Source: an uncultured Prevotella sp.
GTDB lineage: Bacteria; Bacteroidota; Bacteroidia; Bacteroidales; Bacteroidaceae
DNA length: 64,000 nucleotides
NCBI GenBank assembly: GCA_900544825.1
Contig: UQWP01000001.1
Span: forward strand, 15,881 to 79,880
Reading direction: 5' to 3'
Shown here: one piece after another, positions 30,361 through 40,305 of the stretch
Layout of the letters: every line of letters begins with the position of its first letter
Numbering within the stretch: the first letter of the stretch is position 1
Position numbers and translations under genes: made by a program
The notes under the pieces: model-generated
Database searches by the model: none
What the model saw: the letters and a program-made list of their open reading frames with translations, nothing else
Told to the model about the DNA's origin: nothing

Positions 30361-32802
30361 ATGGATAATAAGAGAAAGATCATTGCCCTTTTAATGGGAC
30401 TTTCGCTAGGAGGTCAGTCTGTCTATGCCCAAGGGTATAGTTGTGGCAACGTGTCTCTGTTTTGCTCGCCCGATACACTCAGGGGTGTTCAGATAGGTGC
30501 CTTTTCCAGTGTGGTTCGACAGCAGATGCGTGGTGTGAGTCTGGCTGGTATCATCAATTCGGTGGGCGATGACATGCGCGGCGTGCAGATATCAGGCGTT
30601 TCCAATGTGGTGAAGGGTGGCAATGGCGTGCAGTTGTCTTTATTTAATAATGTATCCAGTTCTCCGTTCCGCGGCGTGCAGCTGAGCGGACTTTCCAATG
30701 TTTCCATGGGTATGAAGAGAGGCTTGCAGATTGCTGCTGCCAACGTCAGCTCTTCCTATATGCGTGGCTTGCAGTTGGGTGGTTACAATTATGCTGATAC
30801 CCTGAATGGTTCTCAGGTTGGCTTGTTTAATGTTTGCCTTAGCCATCCTCGCGGTGTGCAGATTGGTATCATCAACTATAGTCGGGATACCGTAGCCCAC
30901 AAGATAGGACTGGTGAATGTGAACCCTAAGACGCGTATTGACTATATGTTTTATGGCGGTTCTGCTACCAAAGCCAATCTTGCCATCAGATTCCGCAACC
31001 GGAGTACGTATAATATCCTGGGTATCGGAACCCATTACTTTGGATTGGCTGAGAAGTTCTCTGGTGCCTTGTTCTATCGCATCGGTCAGTATTTCCAGTT
31101 GTCGCCTAAGTTCTCCCTGAGTGGTGATCTCGGATTCTATCACGTAGAATCATTCCAGGAACATTCGCAGGATAAGCCTGAACGGCTCTATTCGCTGCAG
31201 GCTCGCATCAATGCCGACTATCAGTTGGGCAGATATACCAGCGCCTTTGCCTCTGTGGGTTATGGCGATACCTATTATTATCATGGTGGCAGGTATCGCC
31301 GTCGTGCCATCGTAGAAGCAGGTTTGGCTGTGCGTCTCCAGCGAAATTCTTCTTTTACGGATATCTCTGCCAAGAAGGAGAACGAATATGATATGGAGGC
31401 ATGGAAGGAAGGTACAATCTTTGCCTTCGATGATCCGGAGCGACAGAAGAAGCATCCTTGGAAGGCTGCCCTGGAAGCTTTTGCCATCAATGTGGGTGTG
31501 CAATGCTTCGACCAGTTTGTGATGAACGAGGAGTTTGCCAAGATTTCCTTCCATAGCATCAAGCACAATATTGAAACGGGATTTGTCTGGGATAACGACC
31601 AGTTCTCTACCAATCTGTTTGCTCATCCATATCATGGCGGACTCTATTTCAATGCTGCAAGAAGTCATGGCATGAATTTCTGGGAATCGGTACCATATTC
31701 TTTCTGTGGAAGTTTGATGTGGGAGACCACCTGCGAGATAGAACCGCCTGCCATCAACGACCTGATGGCTACTACTTTTGGAGGTGTTGCCATCGGAGAG
31801 GTGACGCATCGTATGAGCAATCTGGTGTTTGATGACCGCCTGTCTGGTTTCCCTCGTTTCATGCGGGAATTTCTGGGCACCCTCATCTGTCCGATCAAGG
31901 GATTGAATCGAATCTTGAGTGGCGAAGCCTGGCGAGTGAGAGGCAAATATTATAAATATCACGATTACCAGCGCAGTCCTGTGAGCTTCTCTGCATCGGC
32001 AGGTTATCGATACCTCGCAGACAACAATACGCTGTTCCGTGGAGAGGGCAATCCATACGTCCGTTTCAATCTGGTTTATGGCAATCCGTTTGATGGTGAG
32101 ACCACCAAGCCATACGACTACTTCACATTGGATGCCACTTTCGGCTTGAGCAGCAACCAGCCTCTGATTACCGGTCTGCATCTTCTGGGAAGATTGTGGA
32201 GCGTACCGGTGGAGGTGAGCAAGGGCACGGAGATGGAGTTCGGTATCTTCCAGCACTTCAACTATTACGATTCGCAGCCGGTGAAGGATGGTACCAGTCT
32301 GGTGCCTTACCGCATATCCGAGGCAGCCTCTTTCGGTCCTGGCATCATCTACCGCTTCCCTCAGGTGGGCAATCTCACCAGATTTGAGCAGCGTGTCTTC
32401 CTGGATGGTATCCTGCTGGGTGGAAGTCTGACTGATTATTATAATGTGATAGACCGCGACTACAACATGGGTAGCGGTTATAGCGTGAAGGCCAGCAGTT
32501 TCATGGAGTTCGGCAAGGTAGCCACCTTCCAGATAGGTGCCGACTATTATCGCATCTTCACGTGGAAGGGATATGAGGGAAAGGATCTGGCGACGACCGA
32601 TCCGCTCTATCTCAACGCCCAGGGCGACAAGGGAAATGCATCTCTGCTGGTGCTGAATGCCCGCTTTGGTCTGGCGCTTTCCAATCGGCTGAACCTGGAC
32701 TTCAATGTGTCCAACTATTGGCGTGATACCCATTACTCCTATCATGATGATGTAACGTCTAAAACCTTTGATATGAGTCTGGGATTGCAATACAAGTTCT
32801 AA
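30361..32802 (+). CDS. Large secreted/outer-membrane protein: N-terminal ~13-aa RGVQxxGxSNV repeats + DUF3943-like domain + C-terminal beta-barrel-like region
   Basis: Signal peptide MDNKRKIIALLMGLSLGGQSVYAQ at 30361 (the ORF opens at 30226). Nine or more repeats (RGVQIGAFSSV, RGVSLAGIINSV, RGVQISGVSNVV, NGVQLSLFNNV, RGVQLSGLSNVS, RGLQIAAANVS, RGLQLGGYNYA, SQVGLFNVC, RGVQIGIINYS). Conserved block ...WDNDQFSTNLFAHPYHGGLYFNAARSHG... resembles DUF3943. C-terminus ends ...LGLQYKF. Confidence 0.65.
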   Translation: MDNKRKIIALLMGLSLGGQSVYAQGYSCGNVSLFCSPDTLRGVQIGAFSSVVRQQMRGVSLAGIINSVGDDMRGVQISGVSNVVKGGNGVQLSLFNNVSSSPFRGVQLSGLSNVSMGMKRGLQIAAANVSSSYMRGLQLGGYNYADTLNGSQVGLFNVCLSHPRGVQIGIINYSRDTVAHKIGLVNVNPKTRIDYMFYGGSATKANLAIRFRNRSTYNILGIGTHYFGLAEKFSGALFYRIGQYFQLSPKFSLSGDLGFYHVESFQEHSQDKPERLYSLQARINADYQLGRYTSAFASVGYGDTYYYHGGRYRRRAIVEAGLAVRLQRNSSFTDISAKKENEYDMEAWKEGTIFAFDDPERQKKHPWKAALEAFAINVGVQCFDQFVMNEEFAKISFHSIKHNIETGFVWDNDQFSTNLFAHPYHGGLYFNAARSHGMNFWESVPYSFCGSLMWETTCEIEPPAINDLMATTFGGVAIGEVTHRMSNLVFDDRLSGFPRFMREFLGTLICPIKGLNRILSGEAWRVRGKYYKYHDYQRSPVSFSASAGYRYLADNNTLFRGEGNPYVRFNLVYGNPFDGETTKPYDYFTLDATFGLSSNQPLITGLHLLGRLWSVPVEVSKGTEMEFGIFQHFNYYDSQPVKDGTSLVPYRISEAASFGPGIIYRFPQVGNLTRFEQRVFLDGILLGGSLTDYYNVIDRDYNMGSGYSVKASSFMEFGKVATFQIGADYYRIFTWKGYEGKDLATTDPLYLNAQGDKGNASLLVLNARFGLALSNRLNLDFNVSNYWRDTHYSYHDDVTSKTFDMSLGLQYKF

Positions 32803-32923
32803 GGGACAGTCGTCTTATTAGTAGAAATTTAGCGGATTTTTAGCAGAAATTAGGGGTGCAAAGGGAAACGATATACATAAAATTGTAGAAAAAACGCAAA
32901 AAGTTTTGCATATTTTCTGGATT

Positions 32924-32931
32924 TATATTAC
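32924..32931 (+). promoter_or_regulatory. -7 box TACCTTTG upstream of purF-like gene
   Basis: tattacctttgcacc ~45 nt upstream of the ATG at 32976. Confidence 0.35.
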
Positions 32932-32975
32932 CTTTGCACCCATATTTCAAACATAAAACATAGAATTATACTCTT

Positions 32976-34415
32976 ATGGGAGGCATTTTCGGAACTATTT
33001 CCAAGAAAAGCTGTGTCGCAGATCTTTTCTACGGCACCGACTACAACTCACATCTCGGTACACGCCGAGGCGGTTTGGCAACCTACAGTAGTGAGAAGGG
33101 CTTCGTGCGCTCTATCCACAACTTAGAAAGTTCTTATTTTAGAACGAAGTTTGAACCTACACTCGACAAATTCGAGGGTGCGACATCGGGTATCGGTGTG
33201 ATTAGCGATACTGATGCGCAGCCATTGATCATGAATTCTCATCTTGGTCGCTTTGCCATTTGTACAGTAGCCAAGATATTAAATAAGGATGAACTTACTC
33301 AGTACCTGTTGGATAAGAACATGCACTTTGCAGAGATGTCTTCAGGAAGTACCAACCCAACTGAGTTGGTGGCTCTTCTCATCATCCAGGGAAAGAATTT
33401 CCGCGAGGGTATCGAGAACGTGTTCCATCATATCAAGGGTTCCTGCACCATGATGATCCTTACAGAGGATGGCATCATCTGTGCCCGCGACAGTTGGGGA
33501 CGTACACCTATTATTATAGGTAAGAAGGAGGGCGCTTATGCAGCTTCCAGCGAGACTACCTCATTCCCTAACCTTGACTTCGAGGCAGCACACGAGGTAG
33601 GTCCAGGCGAAATCGTGAAGATTACTGCTGAGGGTATGGAGCAGATCCGTCCTGCCAACAAGAAGATGCAGGTTTGTTCTTTCCTCTGGGTATATTATGG
33701 ATTCCCAACTTCTACCTACGAGGGCAAGAATGTAGAGGAAGCTCGTTTCACCAATGGTTTCAATCTTGCCAAGACAGATGATGTTGAAGTAGATTGCTGC
33801 AGCGGTATTCCTGATTCTGGTACAGGTATGGCGATGGGATATGCTGCCGGTAAGGGTGTTCCTTATCAGCGTTGCATTGCCAAATATACTCCTACCTGGC
33901 CTCGAAGCTTTACACCTAGCAACCAGAGCATGCGCTCTTTGGTAGCCAAGATGAAGCTGATTCCTAACAAGGCTATGTTGAAGGGTAAGCGAGTGCTGTT
34001 CTGCGATGACAGTATCGTGCGTGGTACCCAGCTTCGCGACAATGTGAAGGTGCTCTTTGATCAGGCTGGTCTGAAGGAGTGTCACATGCGTATCGCTTGT
34101 CCTCCATTGGTTTATGGCTGTCCTTTCATCAACTTTACTTCTTCCAAGAGTGATATGGAGTTGATTACCCGCAGAATCATCGAGAAGTTTGAGGGTGATG
34201 CCAACAAGAATCTTGAGAAGTATGCTACTACAGGTTCTCCTGAATATCAGAGAATGGTAGATGAGATTGCCAACCAGCTTGGATTGACAACATTGAAGTT
34301 CAATACCATCGAGCAGCTTGTTGAAGCTATCGGTTTGCCTAAGTGCCAGGTATGTACCCACTGCTTCGATGGCAGTAGTGCTTATACCTTGAATGAATTC
34401 GCAGACGAAGATTAA
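32976..34415 (+). CDS. Amidophosphoribosyltransferase-like protein (Ntn class-II GATase fold + PRTase domain) with Gly in place of the catalytic Cys1
   Basis: 479 aa. PRTase motif VLFCDDSIVRGTQL and PurF-like core. N-terminus is MGGIFG rather than MCGIxG. An in-frame TAG lies 15 nt upstream, so no alternative start. Confidence 0.85.
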   Translation: MGGIFGTISKKSCVADLFYGTDYNSHLGTRRGGLATYSSEKGFVRSIHNLESSYFRTKFEPTLDKFEGATSGIGVISDTDAQPLIMNSHLGRFAICTVAKILNKDELTQYLLDKNMHFAEMSSGSTNPTELVALLIIQGKNFREGIENVFHHIKGSCTMMILTEDGIICARDSWGRTPIIIGKKEGAYAASSETTSFPNLDFEAAHEVGPGEIVKITAEGMEQIRPANKKMQVCSFLWVYYGFPTSTYEGKNVEEARFTNGFNLAKTDDVEVDCCSGIPDSGTGMAMGYAAGKGVPYQRCIAKYTPTWPRSFTPSNQSMRSLVAKMKLIPNKAMLKGKRVLFCDDSIVRGTQLRDNVKVLFDQAGLKECHMRIACPPLVYGCPFINFTSSKSDMELITRRIIEKFEGDANKNLEKYATTGSPEYQRMVDEIANQLGLTTLKFNTIEQLVEAIGLPKCQVCTHCFDGSSAYTLNEFADED

Positions 34416-34421
34416 AATATA

Positions 34422-34488
34422 AAATCCCGATTTCCTGAACTTTGCATCAGATGAGCAAAGTCCTGGAAATCGGGATTCTTGTTTTTTG
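34422..34488. terminator. Bidirectional intrinsic terminator: long hairpin AAATCCCGATTTCC..GCAAAGT..GGAAATCGGGATT + TTGTTTTTTG, between convergent purF-like and uvrA2
   Basis: Stems at 34422-34435 and 34465-34477, with inner AACTTTGC/GCAAAGT pairing. Confidence 0.65.
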
Positions 34489-34565
34489 TTCTTTAGCTCT
34501 TGCTGTATTTCTAGCGATGAGCTAGATTCTTGCCTTCTCTTTTATTTCTTGCCGGCAAGGAATGA

Positions 34566-37430
34566 TTATTTCTTCTTCAGCAAGGGTGCCAGGAATTTGT
34601 AGGTATAGCCTTTCTTGCTCTTTGCCATCTCTTCCGGTGTGCCGGCAAAGAGAAGCTGACCTCCACCTCGTCCACCTTCGGGACCCATATCAATGAGCCA
34701 GTCGGCGAGCTTGATGACATCCAGGTTGTGCTCGATGATAATCACCGTATTGCCTCTATCTACCAGTTTCTGAAGCACATCCATCAGGATACGGATGTCT
34801 TCGAAATGAAGACCGGTGGTAGGTTCATCCAGGATGTAGAGCGTCTTGCCGGTATCACGTTTGGAAAGTTCGGTAGCAAGTTTCACACGCTGACTTTCTC
34901 CGCCCGAAAGGGTAGTGGAACTCTGTCCCAACTTGATGTAACCCAATCCTACACTCTGCAATGCCTTGATCTTGTTGAGAATCTGAGGCACGTTCTCGAA
35001 GAACTCTACTGCCTGGTTGATGGTCATATCCAGTACATCGGCGATGCTCTTTCCCTTGTATCTTACTTCCAGCGTCTCACGGTTGTAGCGCTTGCCGTGG
35101 CATACCTCACAAGGTACATAGACATCAGGCAGGAAGTTCATCTCGATGGTCTTGTATCCATTTCCGCCACACGCTTCGCATCTGCCACCCTTCACGTTGA
35201 AGGAGAATCTGCCAGGTTTGTAACCACGGATCTTGGCTTCTGGAAGACCCACAAACAGCGAGCGGATATCGCTGAACACACCTGTGTAGGTGGCTGGATT
35301 ACTGCGAGGGGTTCTGCCGATTGGACTTTGATCCACATTCACTACCTTATCGATATTCTCAATGCCTTCGATGCTGTCGTATGGCATCGGTTTCTTCAGG
35401 GAACGGTAGAAATGCTGGGAGAGGATAGGCTGCAGGGTTTCATTGATGAGGGTAGATTTACCCGAACCGCTGACTCCCGTTACTACGATGAGCTTGCCGA
35501 GCGGGAACTCTACATCCACTCCCTTCAGGTTGTTGCCCCTGGCTCCACGGATGGTGATGTTCTTGCCGTTTCCCTCGCGGCGATGCTCTGGAATCTCTAT
35601 TGCCATCTTGCCGTTCAGATACTGGGCGGTGATGGTGTCGGTCTTCAGCATCTCCTTCGGAGTACCCTGGAAAACCACTTCGCCTCCCTTTCTGCCTGCC
35701 TTCGGACCAATATCTACAATCCAGTCGGCTGCTCGCATCATATCCTCATCATGTTCTACAACGATGACGGTATTGCCCAGGTCGCGCAATTCCTTAAGAC
35801 TGTTGATGAGTCGCTCGTTGTCTCGCTGGTGCAGACCGATACTTGGCTCATCGAGGATGTAGAGCACATTGACGAGTTGGCTGCCGATCTGGGTTGCAAG
35901 ACGGATGCGCTGGCTTTCACCACCTGAGAGTGACGCCGACTGGCGATTGAGTGAGAGATAGTTCAGACCCACATCGAGGAGGAAGTTGACACGTGAGCGC
36001 AACTCCTTGATGATCTCGTGAGCCACCTTCGCCTTCATGGCAGGGAGGTGAGCTTCCACCTGTTCGAGCCAGTCGCGCAGTTCGTCGATGTCGAGGTTGG
36101 CAACTTCCGAGATATTCTTGTCCCAGATGCGGAAGGCGAGCGATTCCTTCTTGAGTCGCTGTCCATGGCACTCCGGACATTCGATGGTAGAGATAAACTG
36201 GTCTGCCCACTTCTTTCCTGCAGCACTCTCGTCATTCTCTATCACCTTCTGCAGGTAGTCGATGATGCCATCGTATGCACAGAAGTAATCCGAAGAGGTA
36301 TGCACTTTCTCTTTAACGATTTTCACGTTTTCCAGTGATCCATAGAGGATTTCCTGCATGGCATCTCCCGGAATCTCTGCGATAGGAGTCTTGAGTTTCA
36401 GATCATATTTCTCGAGCAAAGATTCAATCTGCCAGAAAATCATCTGGTTCTTGTATTTGCCGAGAGGGGCGATTCCCCCTTCGTAGATGCTCAGGCTGTC
36501 ATCCGGAATCACCTTCTTGATATCTATCTGGTTTACCTTTCCCAGACCCTTGCAGTGGAGGCAGGCACCTTCCGGCGAATTGAATGAGAACATATTTGGT
36601 GCCGGATCCTGGTATGCCATACCGGTAACTGGATCCATCAGGCGTTTCGAGAAGTTCTTGCCCGTCTTTTCACCTTTCTCTATCACCATCACCATGCCGT
36701 CGCCCTGCTTCATGGCGGTAGCTACGCTCTTACGGATGCGTTCCTCATCAGCTTCCTTCACCACGAGCTTGTCGATGACAACCTCGATGTTGTGCATCTT
36801 GTAGCGGTCGAGCTTCATTCCGCTTACCACTTCCTGGATTTCTCCATCCACACGTACATAGAGATAACCTTTGCGACGCATGCTCTCGAAGAGTTCTCGG
36901 TAATGTCCCTTGCGCTGGCGAACCAGAGGTGCCAGCAGGAAGATTGCTTTTCCGGCATATTCATCGAGAATCATGTCGATGACCTGTTCCTCGGTGTATT
37001 TCACCATCTCTTCACCGCTGCGGTAGCTGTAGGCGGTACCGGCACGGGCAAAGAGCAGGCGGAGATAGTCGTAAATCTCGGTAGTGGTACCAACGGTGGA
37101 ACGAGGGTTCTTGTTGGTGGTCTTCTGTTCGATGCTGATGACCGGACTCAGACCGGTAATCTTATCTACATCCGGGCGCTCCATATTGCCCAGGAAGTTG
37201 CGGGCATAGGCAGAGAATGTCTCGATATAGCGGCGCTGACCTTCGGCAAAGATGGTATCGAAAGCCAACGACGACTTGCCCGAACCCGAAAGTCCGGTTA
37301 TCACGGTGAGGGAGTCGCGTGGAATCTCAACGTCAATGTTCTTGAGGTTATGAACTCTGGCGCCCCATACATTTATCTTTTCTTCTTCAGAAAACTTATC
37401 TTCTTCTATTTTTCCTTCTTCTGAAATCAT
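34566..37430 (-). CDS. uvrA: Excinuclease ABC subunit A (paralog 2)
   Basis: 954 aa. [12 protein letters not shown] and [12 protein letters not shown] Walker A motifs, two LSGGE signatures, zinc-finger Cys clusters. About 20-aa acidic N-terminal extension [21 protein letters not shown] before the conserved start. Confidence 0.9.
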   Translation of the reverse strand: MISEEGKIEEDKFSEEEKINVWGARVHNLKNIDVEIPRDSLTVITGLSGSGKSSLAFDTIFAEGQRRYIETFSAYARNFLGNMERPDVDKITGLSPVISIEQKTTNKNPRSTVGTTTEIYDYLRLLFARAGTAYSYRSGEEMVKYTEEQVIDMILDEYAGKAIFLLAPLVRQRKGHYRELFESMRRKGYLYVRVDGEIQEVVSGMKLDRYKMHNIEVVIDKLVVKEADEERIRKSVATAMKQGDGMVMVIEKGEKTGKNFSKRLMDPVTGMAYQDPAPNMFSFNSPEGACLHCKGLGKVNQIDIKKVIPDDSLSIYEGGIAPLGKYKNQMIFWQIESLLEKYDLKLKTPIAEIPGDAMQEILYGSLENVKIVKEKVHTSSDYFCAYDGIIDYLQKVIENDESAAGKKWADQFISTIECPECHGQRLKKESLAFRIWDKNISEVANLDIDELRDWLEQVEAHLPAMKAKVAHEIIKELRSRVNFLLDVGLNYLSLNRQSASLSGGESQRIRLATQIGSQLVNVLYILDEPSIGLHQRDNERLINSLKELRDLGNTVIVVEHDEDMMRAADWIVDIGPKAGRKGGEVVFQGTPKEMLKTDTITAQYLNGKMAIEIPEHRREGNGKNITIRGARGNNLKGVDVEFPLGKLIVVTGVSGSGKSTLINETLQPILSQHFYRSLKKPMPYDSIEGIENIDKVVNVDQSPIGRTPRSNPATYTGVFSDIRSLFVGLPEAKIRGYKPGRFSFNVKGGRCEACGGNGYKTIEMNFLPDVYVPCEVCHGKRYNRETLEVRYKGKSIADVLDMTINQAVEFFENVPQILNKIKALQSVGLGYIKLGQSSTTLSGGESQRVKLATELSKRDTGKTLYILDEPTTGLHFEDIRILMDVLQKLVDRGNTVIIIEHNLDVIKLADWLIDMGPEGGRGGGQLLFAGTPEEMAKSKKGYTYKFLAPLLKKK

Positions 37431-37490
37431 AATCTTTACTGTTCCTTCTTTCTAAAACTATAAACTTACCTGCAGGCTATCGTCTTCTTC

Positions 37491-37895
37491 TTAATAGCTG
37501 CTTGTGGATTCTGAGAATCCTCTGAGCAGGTTGACATCTCTTTTGATCTGATAGGTCTTGCCATCTGCTCCTTTTGCCTTGACCAGACAGAAATAGACTC
37601 CCTCCTTGACCGGCTTTCCCTTGTAGGTGCCATCCCATCCCGTGGCAGGGTCGCTCCACTCAATGAGTTTCTGTCCCCACCTATTATATATATAGGCGTG
37701 AAAATCCTTGATGTTCTGGTAACCCTCCTTGGGTTTGTAGATGTCGTTGATGCCATCCCCGTTTGGCGAGAATGCGTTCGGCATCAGAAGGACACTGGTC
37801 TGCGTGCCATCCTCCTCTCCGATTTCTTCCTGTGCCATCATTGGAGGGGTAAAAAGTGCCAATAAGGCACCAAGTAATCCTATTTTTTGTCTCAT
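37491..37895 (-). CDS. Small secreted protein consisting only of signal peptide + T9SS type-B (gliding-motility-associated) C-terminal domain
   Basis: 134 aa. Signal MRQKIGLLGALLALFTPPMMAQ. LLMPNAFSPNGDGINDIYKP...VYNRWGQKLIEW...GKPVKEGVYFCLVKA is the hallmark TIGR04131-type CTD, with no cargo domain. Preceded by a TATCTTTG -7 box (minus sense) at ~37905-37915. Confidence 0.7.
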   Translation of the reverse strand: MRQKIGLLGALLALFTPPMMAQEEIGEEDGTQTSVLLMPNAFSPNGDGINDIYKPKEGYQNIKDFHAYIYNRWGQKLIEWSDPATGWDGTYKGKPVKEGVYFCLVKAKGADGKTYQIKRDVNLLRGFSESTSSY

Positions 37896-38042
37896 TTTGC
37901 AAATTATTTGTGCAAAGATAATAAAAAGCTGAGAGATATTGCGCTAGATGCGAGATTTTTTGTATTTTTGCAGGAGAAAACTTTAATTCATGTCGGTTAC
38001 GGCAGGATTTTTGGAAGATATAAACATTAAAAACAGGAAGAT

Positions 38043-39449
38043 ATGAAAAGAAACATAAGATATTTTTTGATGATTGTGGGGCTGATGCTCAGTGTTGGTA
38101 TCTTTGCTCAGACAACGAAATGGAGAGACATCTACACGGTGAAGAAGAAGGATACTATTTTTGGTATTGCCAATAAGTATAGATTGAGTCTGCCGGAACT
38201 GATGGAGGCAAACCCTGAGATGAAGCAGGAAGGTTACATGCTTCAGAAGGGAACTACCCTCTTTATTCCTTTTGCCAGCGACCAGCAGAATCCTAATGCG
38301 CCTAAAAAGGCACAGAAGGAGGATAAGAATGCAGTTGCTGCCAGCAAACCGGCTGTAGCAGGAACCGCTGCCGCTCAGCAGAAGGTGGCGGCTAGTGATG
38401 CTGTGAAGATTGGCGTAATGTTGCCTTTGCATGATCTGGATGGTGATGGCAAGCGTATGGTGGAGTATTATCGTGGACTCCTGATGGCTTGCAATTATCT
38501 GAAGAAGAAGGGCATCTCTACCGATGTACATGCATGGAACGTGCCGATAGATGCTGATATCCGCGCCACCTTGCTGCAGGAGGGTGCCAATACATGTGAT
38601 ATCATCTTCGGTCCGCTTTATTCCAAACAGGTGGCTCCGCTTGCCGGCTTCTGCAAGACCTATGGCATCAAGCTCGTGATTCCTTTCTCCATCAGCGGTG
38701 ACGATGTGGAGCGCAACAAGGAAATCTTCCAGGTATATCAGAGTCTTGAAACATTGAACGAGTGCACTATCAAGGCTTTCCTGAACAGATTCACCAATGT
38801 GCATCCTATCTTTGTAGATTGCAATGATTCTACTTCGCGTAAGGGAGCTTTCACTTTCGGACTTCGCAAGGAGTTGGAGAAGAGAAACATCAACTATAGT
38901 ATCACTAATGTGAGCTCAAGCATCGACCAGTTTGCCAAGGCATTCCTGCCAAGCAAGCAGAATGTGGTAATCCTGAATACGGGTCGTTCGCCACAGTTGA
39001 CTGCCGTGCTCAACAAGCTGGATGAATTTGACAGCAAGTATCCGGGTGCATCTATCTCTCTCTTCGGCTATACAGAGTGGTTGATGTACGCCAAATATAA
39101 TCTGGAGCGATTCTATAAGTACGATACTTATATCCCTTCTACCTTCTATTACAATCCGGTAGCTGAAAGAACGCAGAACCTGGAGAAGGCATACGAGGGA
39201 TGGTTCCATCAGCCGATGATGATTGCGCAGCCACGCTTCGCCATCACAGGCTATGATCATGGTATGTTCTTTATCCAGGGTATCAAGAAGAAGGGCAAGG
39301 AGTTTACGGGTGAACGCCAGCAAGTGAACTATCAGCCAGTGCAGACTCCATTGCATTTCATGAAAACGGCAAAGGGTGGATACAAGAACAAGAACTTCCA
39401 GTTGATTCACTACACCTTCAACCATCAGATTGAGTCGGTGAATTACTAG
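38043..39449 (+). CDS. LysM domain protein fused to a periplasmic-binding-protein (type 1)-like domain
   Basis: Signal peptide, then LysM (DTIFGIANKYRLSLPELMEANPEM...GTTLFIP), an Ala/Gln-rich linker and a ~330-aa PBP1-like fold. Confidence 0.7.
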   Translation: MKRNIRYFLMIVGLMLSVGIFAQTTKWRDIYTVKKKDTIFGIANKYRLSLPELMEANPEMKQEGYMLQKGTTLFIPFASDQQNPNAPKKAQKEDKNAVAASKPAVAGTAAAQQKVAASDAVKIGVMLPLHDLDGDGKRMVEYYRGLLMACNYLKKKGISTDVHAWNVPIDADIRATLLQEGANTCDIIFGPLYSKQVAPLAGFCKTYGIKLVIPFSISGDDVERNKEIFQVYQSLETLNECTIKAFLNRFTNVHPIFVDCNDSTSRKGAFTFGLRKELEKRNINYSITNVSSSIDQFAKAFLPSKQNVVILNTGRSPQLTAVLNKLDEFDSKYPGASISLFGYTEWLMYAKYNLERFYKYDTYIPSTFYYNPVAERTQNLEKAYEGWFHQPMMIAQPRFAITGYDHGMFFIQGIKKKGKEFTGERQQVNYQPVQTPLHFMKTAKGGYKNKNFQLIHYTFNHQIESVNY

Positions 39450-39494
39450 GACCGGTAGTTTTATAGTTAATCGTTTATAGTAAGAAAAGAAAGA

Positions 39495-40265
39495 ATGAAT
39501 AAAGTCAAGATAGGGACACTGCTAATGGGACTTCTCCTTTGGGGAGGACTCTCGGCACAGGCTCAGATAGGTGAGCATCGCAACGATTTCTCCATCGGAT
39601 TCAACGGTGGCTATGTGCTCAGCTCCGTTGGATTCGAACCGGAGGTTCAGCAAAAACAGCATGGAGGAATGACTGCCGGTCTCTCGATGAAATATACTTG
39701 CGAAAAGTATTTCAAGACCATCTGTTCCATTTATGCAGAGGTCAACTACGCCAAGGTGGGATGGAAAGAGGATATTCTCGACATTGACAACAAACCTGTC
39801 ATCATCACCGAAACCAAGCAGCCGATGGCTTATAGCCGTACCATCAATTATATCCAGGTGCCTGTTTTCGCTCACTTGGCTTGGGGTAGGGAAGAGAGAG
39901 GCTTGAACATCTTCGTGAATGCCGGTCCGCAGTTCGGACTCTATCTCAACGATTCTCAGACTACCAACTTCGATGTGAAGAATATGCCAAAGACAGATAA
40001 TGACCGGGTAAGTATGGTAGTGGCACAAGATACGATGGCGGTTGAGAATAAGTTGGATTATGGTATCGCTCTGGGTTTGGGTGCAGAGTACAGCATCCCG
40101 AAAGTGGGACATTTTCTGGCTGAGGCTCGCTACTATTATGGATTGGGCAATATCTATGGTTCATCCAAACGAGATTATTTCGGAAAGAGTAACTACGGAC
40201 AGATCGTGTTCAAGGTATCTTATCTCTTCGATATCACACGTACCAAGAACGTGAAGAGAAAGTGA
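39495..40265 (+). CDS. Outer-membrane beta-barrel (porin-family/OmpA-like barrel) protein
   Basis: Signal peptide MNKVKIGTLLMGLLLWGGLSAQA, alternating hydrophobic beta-strand pattern, C-terminal ...FKVSYLFDITR. Confidence 0.7.
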   Translation: MNKVKIGTLLMGLLLWGGLSAQAQIGEHRNDFSIGFNGGYVLSSVGFEPEVQQKQHGGMTAGLSMKYTCEKYFKTICSIYAEVNYAKVGWKEDILDIDNKPVIITETKQPMAYSRTINYIQVPVFAHLAWGREERGLNIFVNAGPQFGLYLNDSQTTNFDVKNMPKTDNDRVSMVVAQDTMAVENKLDYGIALGLGAEYSIPKVGHFLAEARYYYGLGNIYGSSKRDYFGKSNYGQIVFKVSYLFDITRTKNVKRK

Positions 40266-40305
40266 CTTCCGGCGATGGTTATGGAAAAATAAGTAATAAT
40301 ATAAA

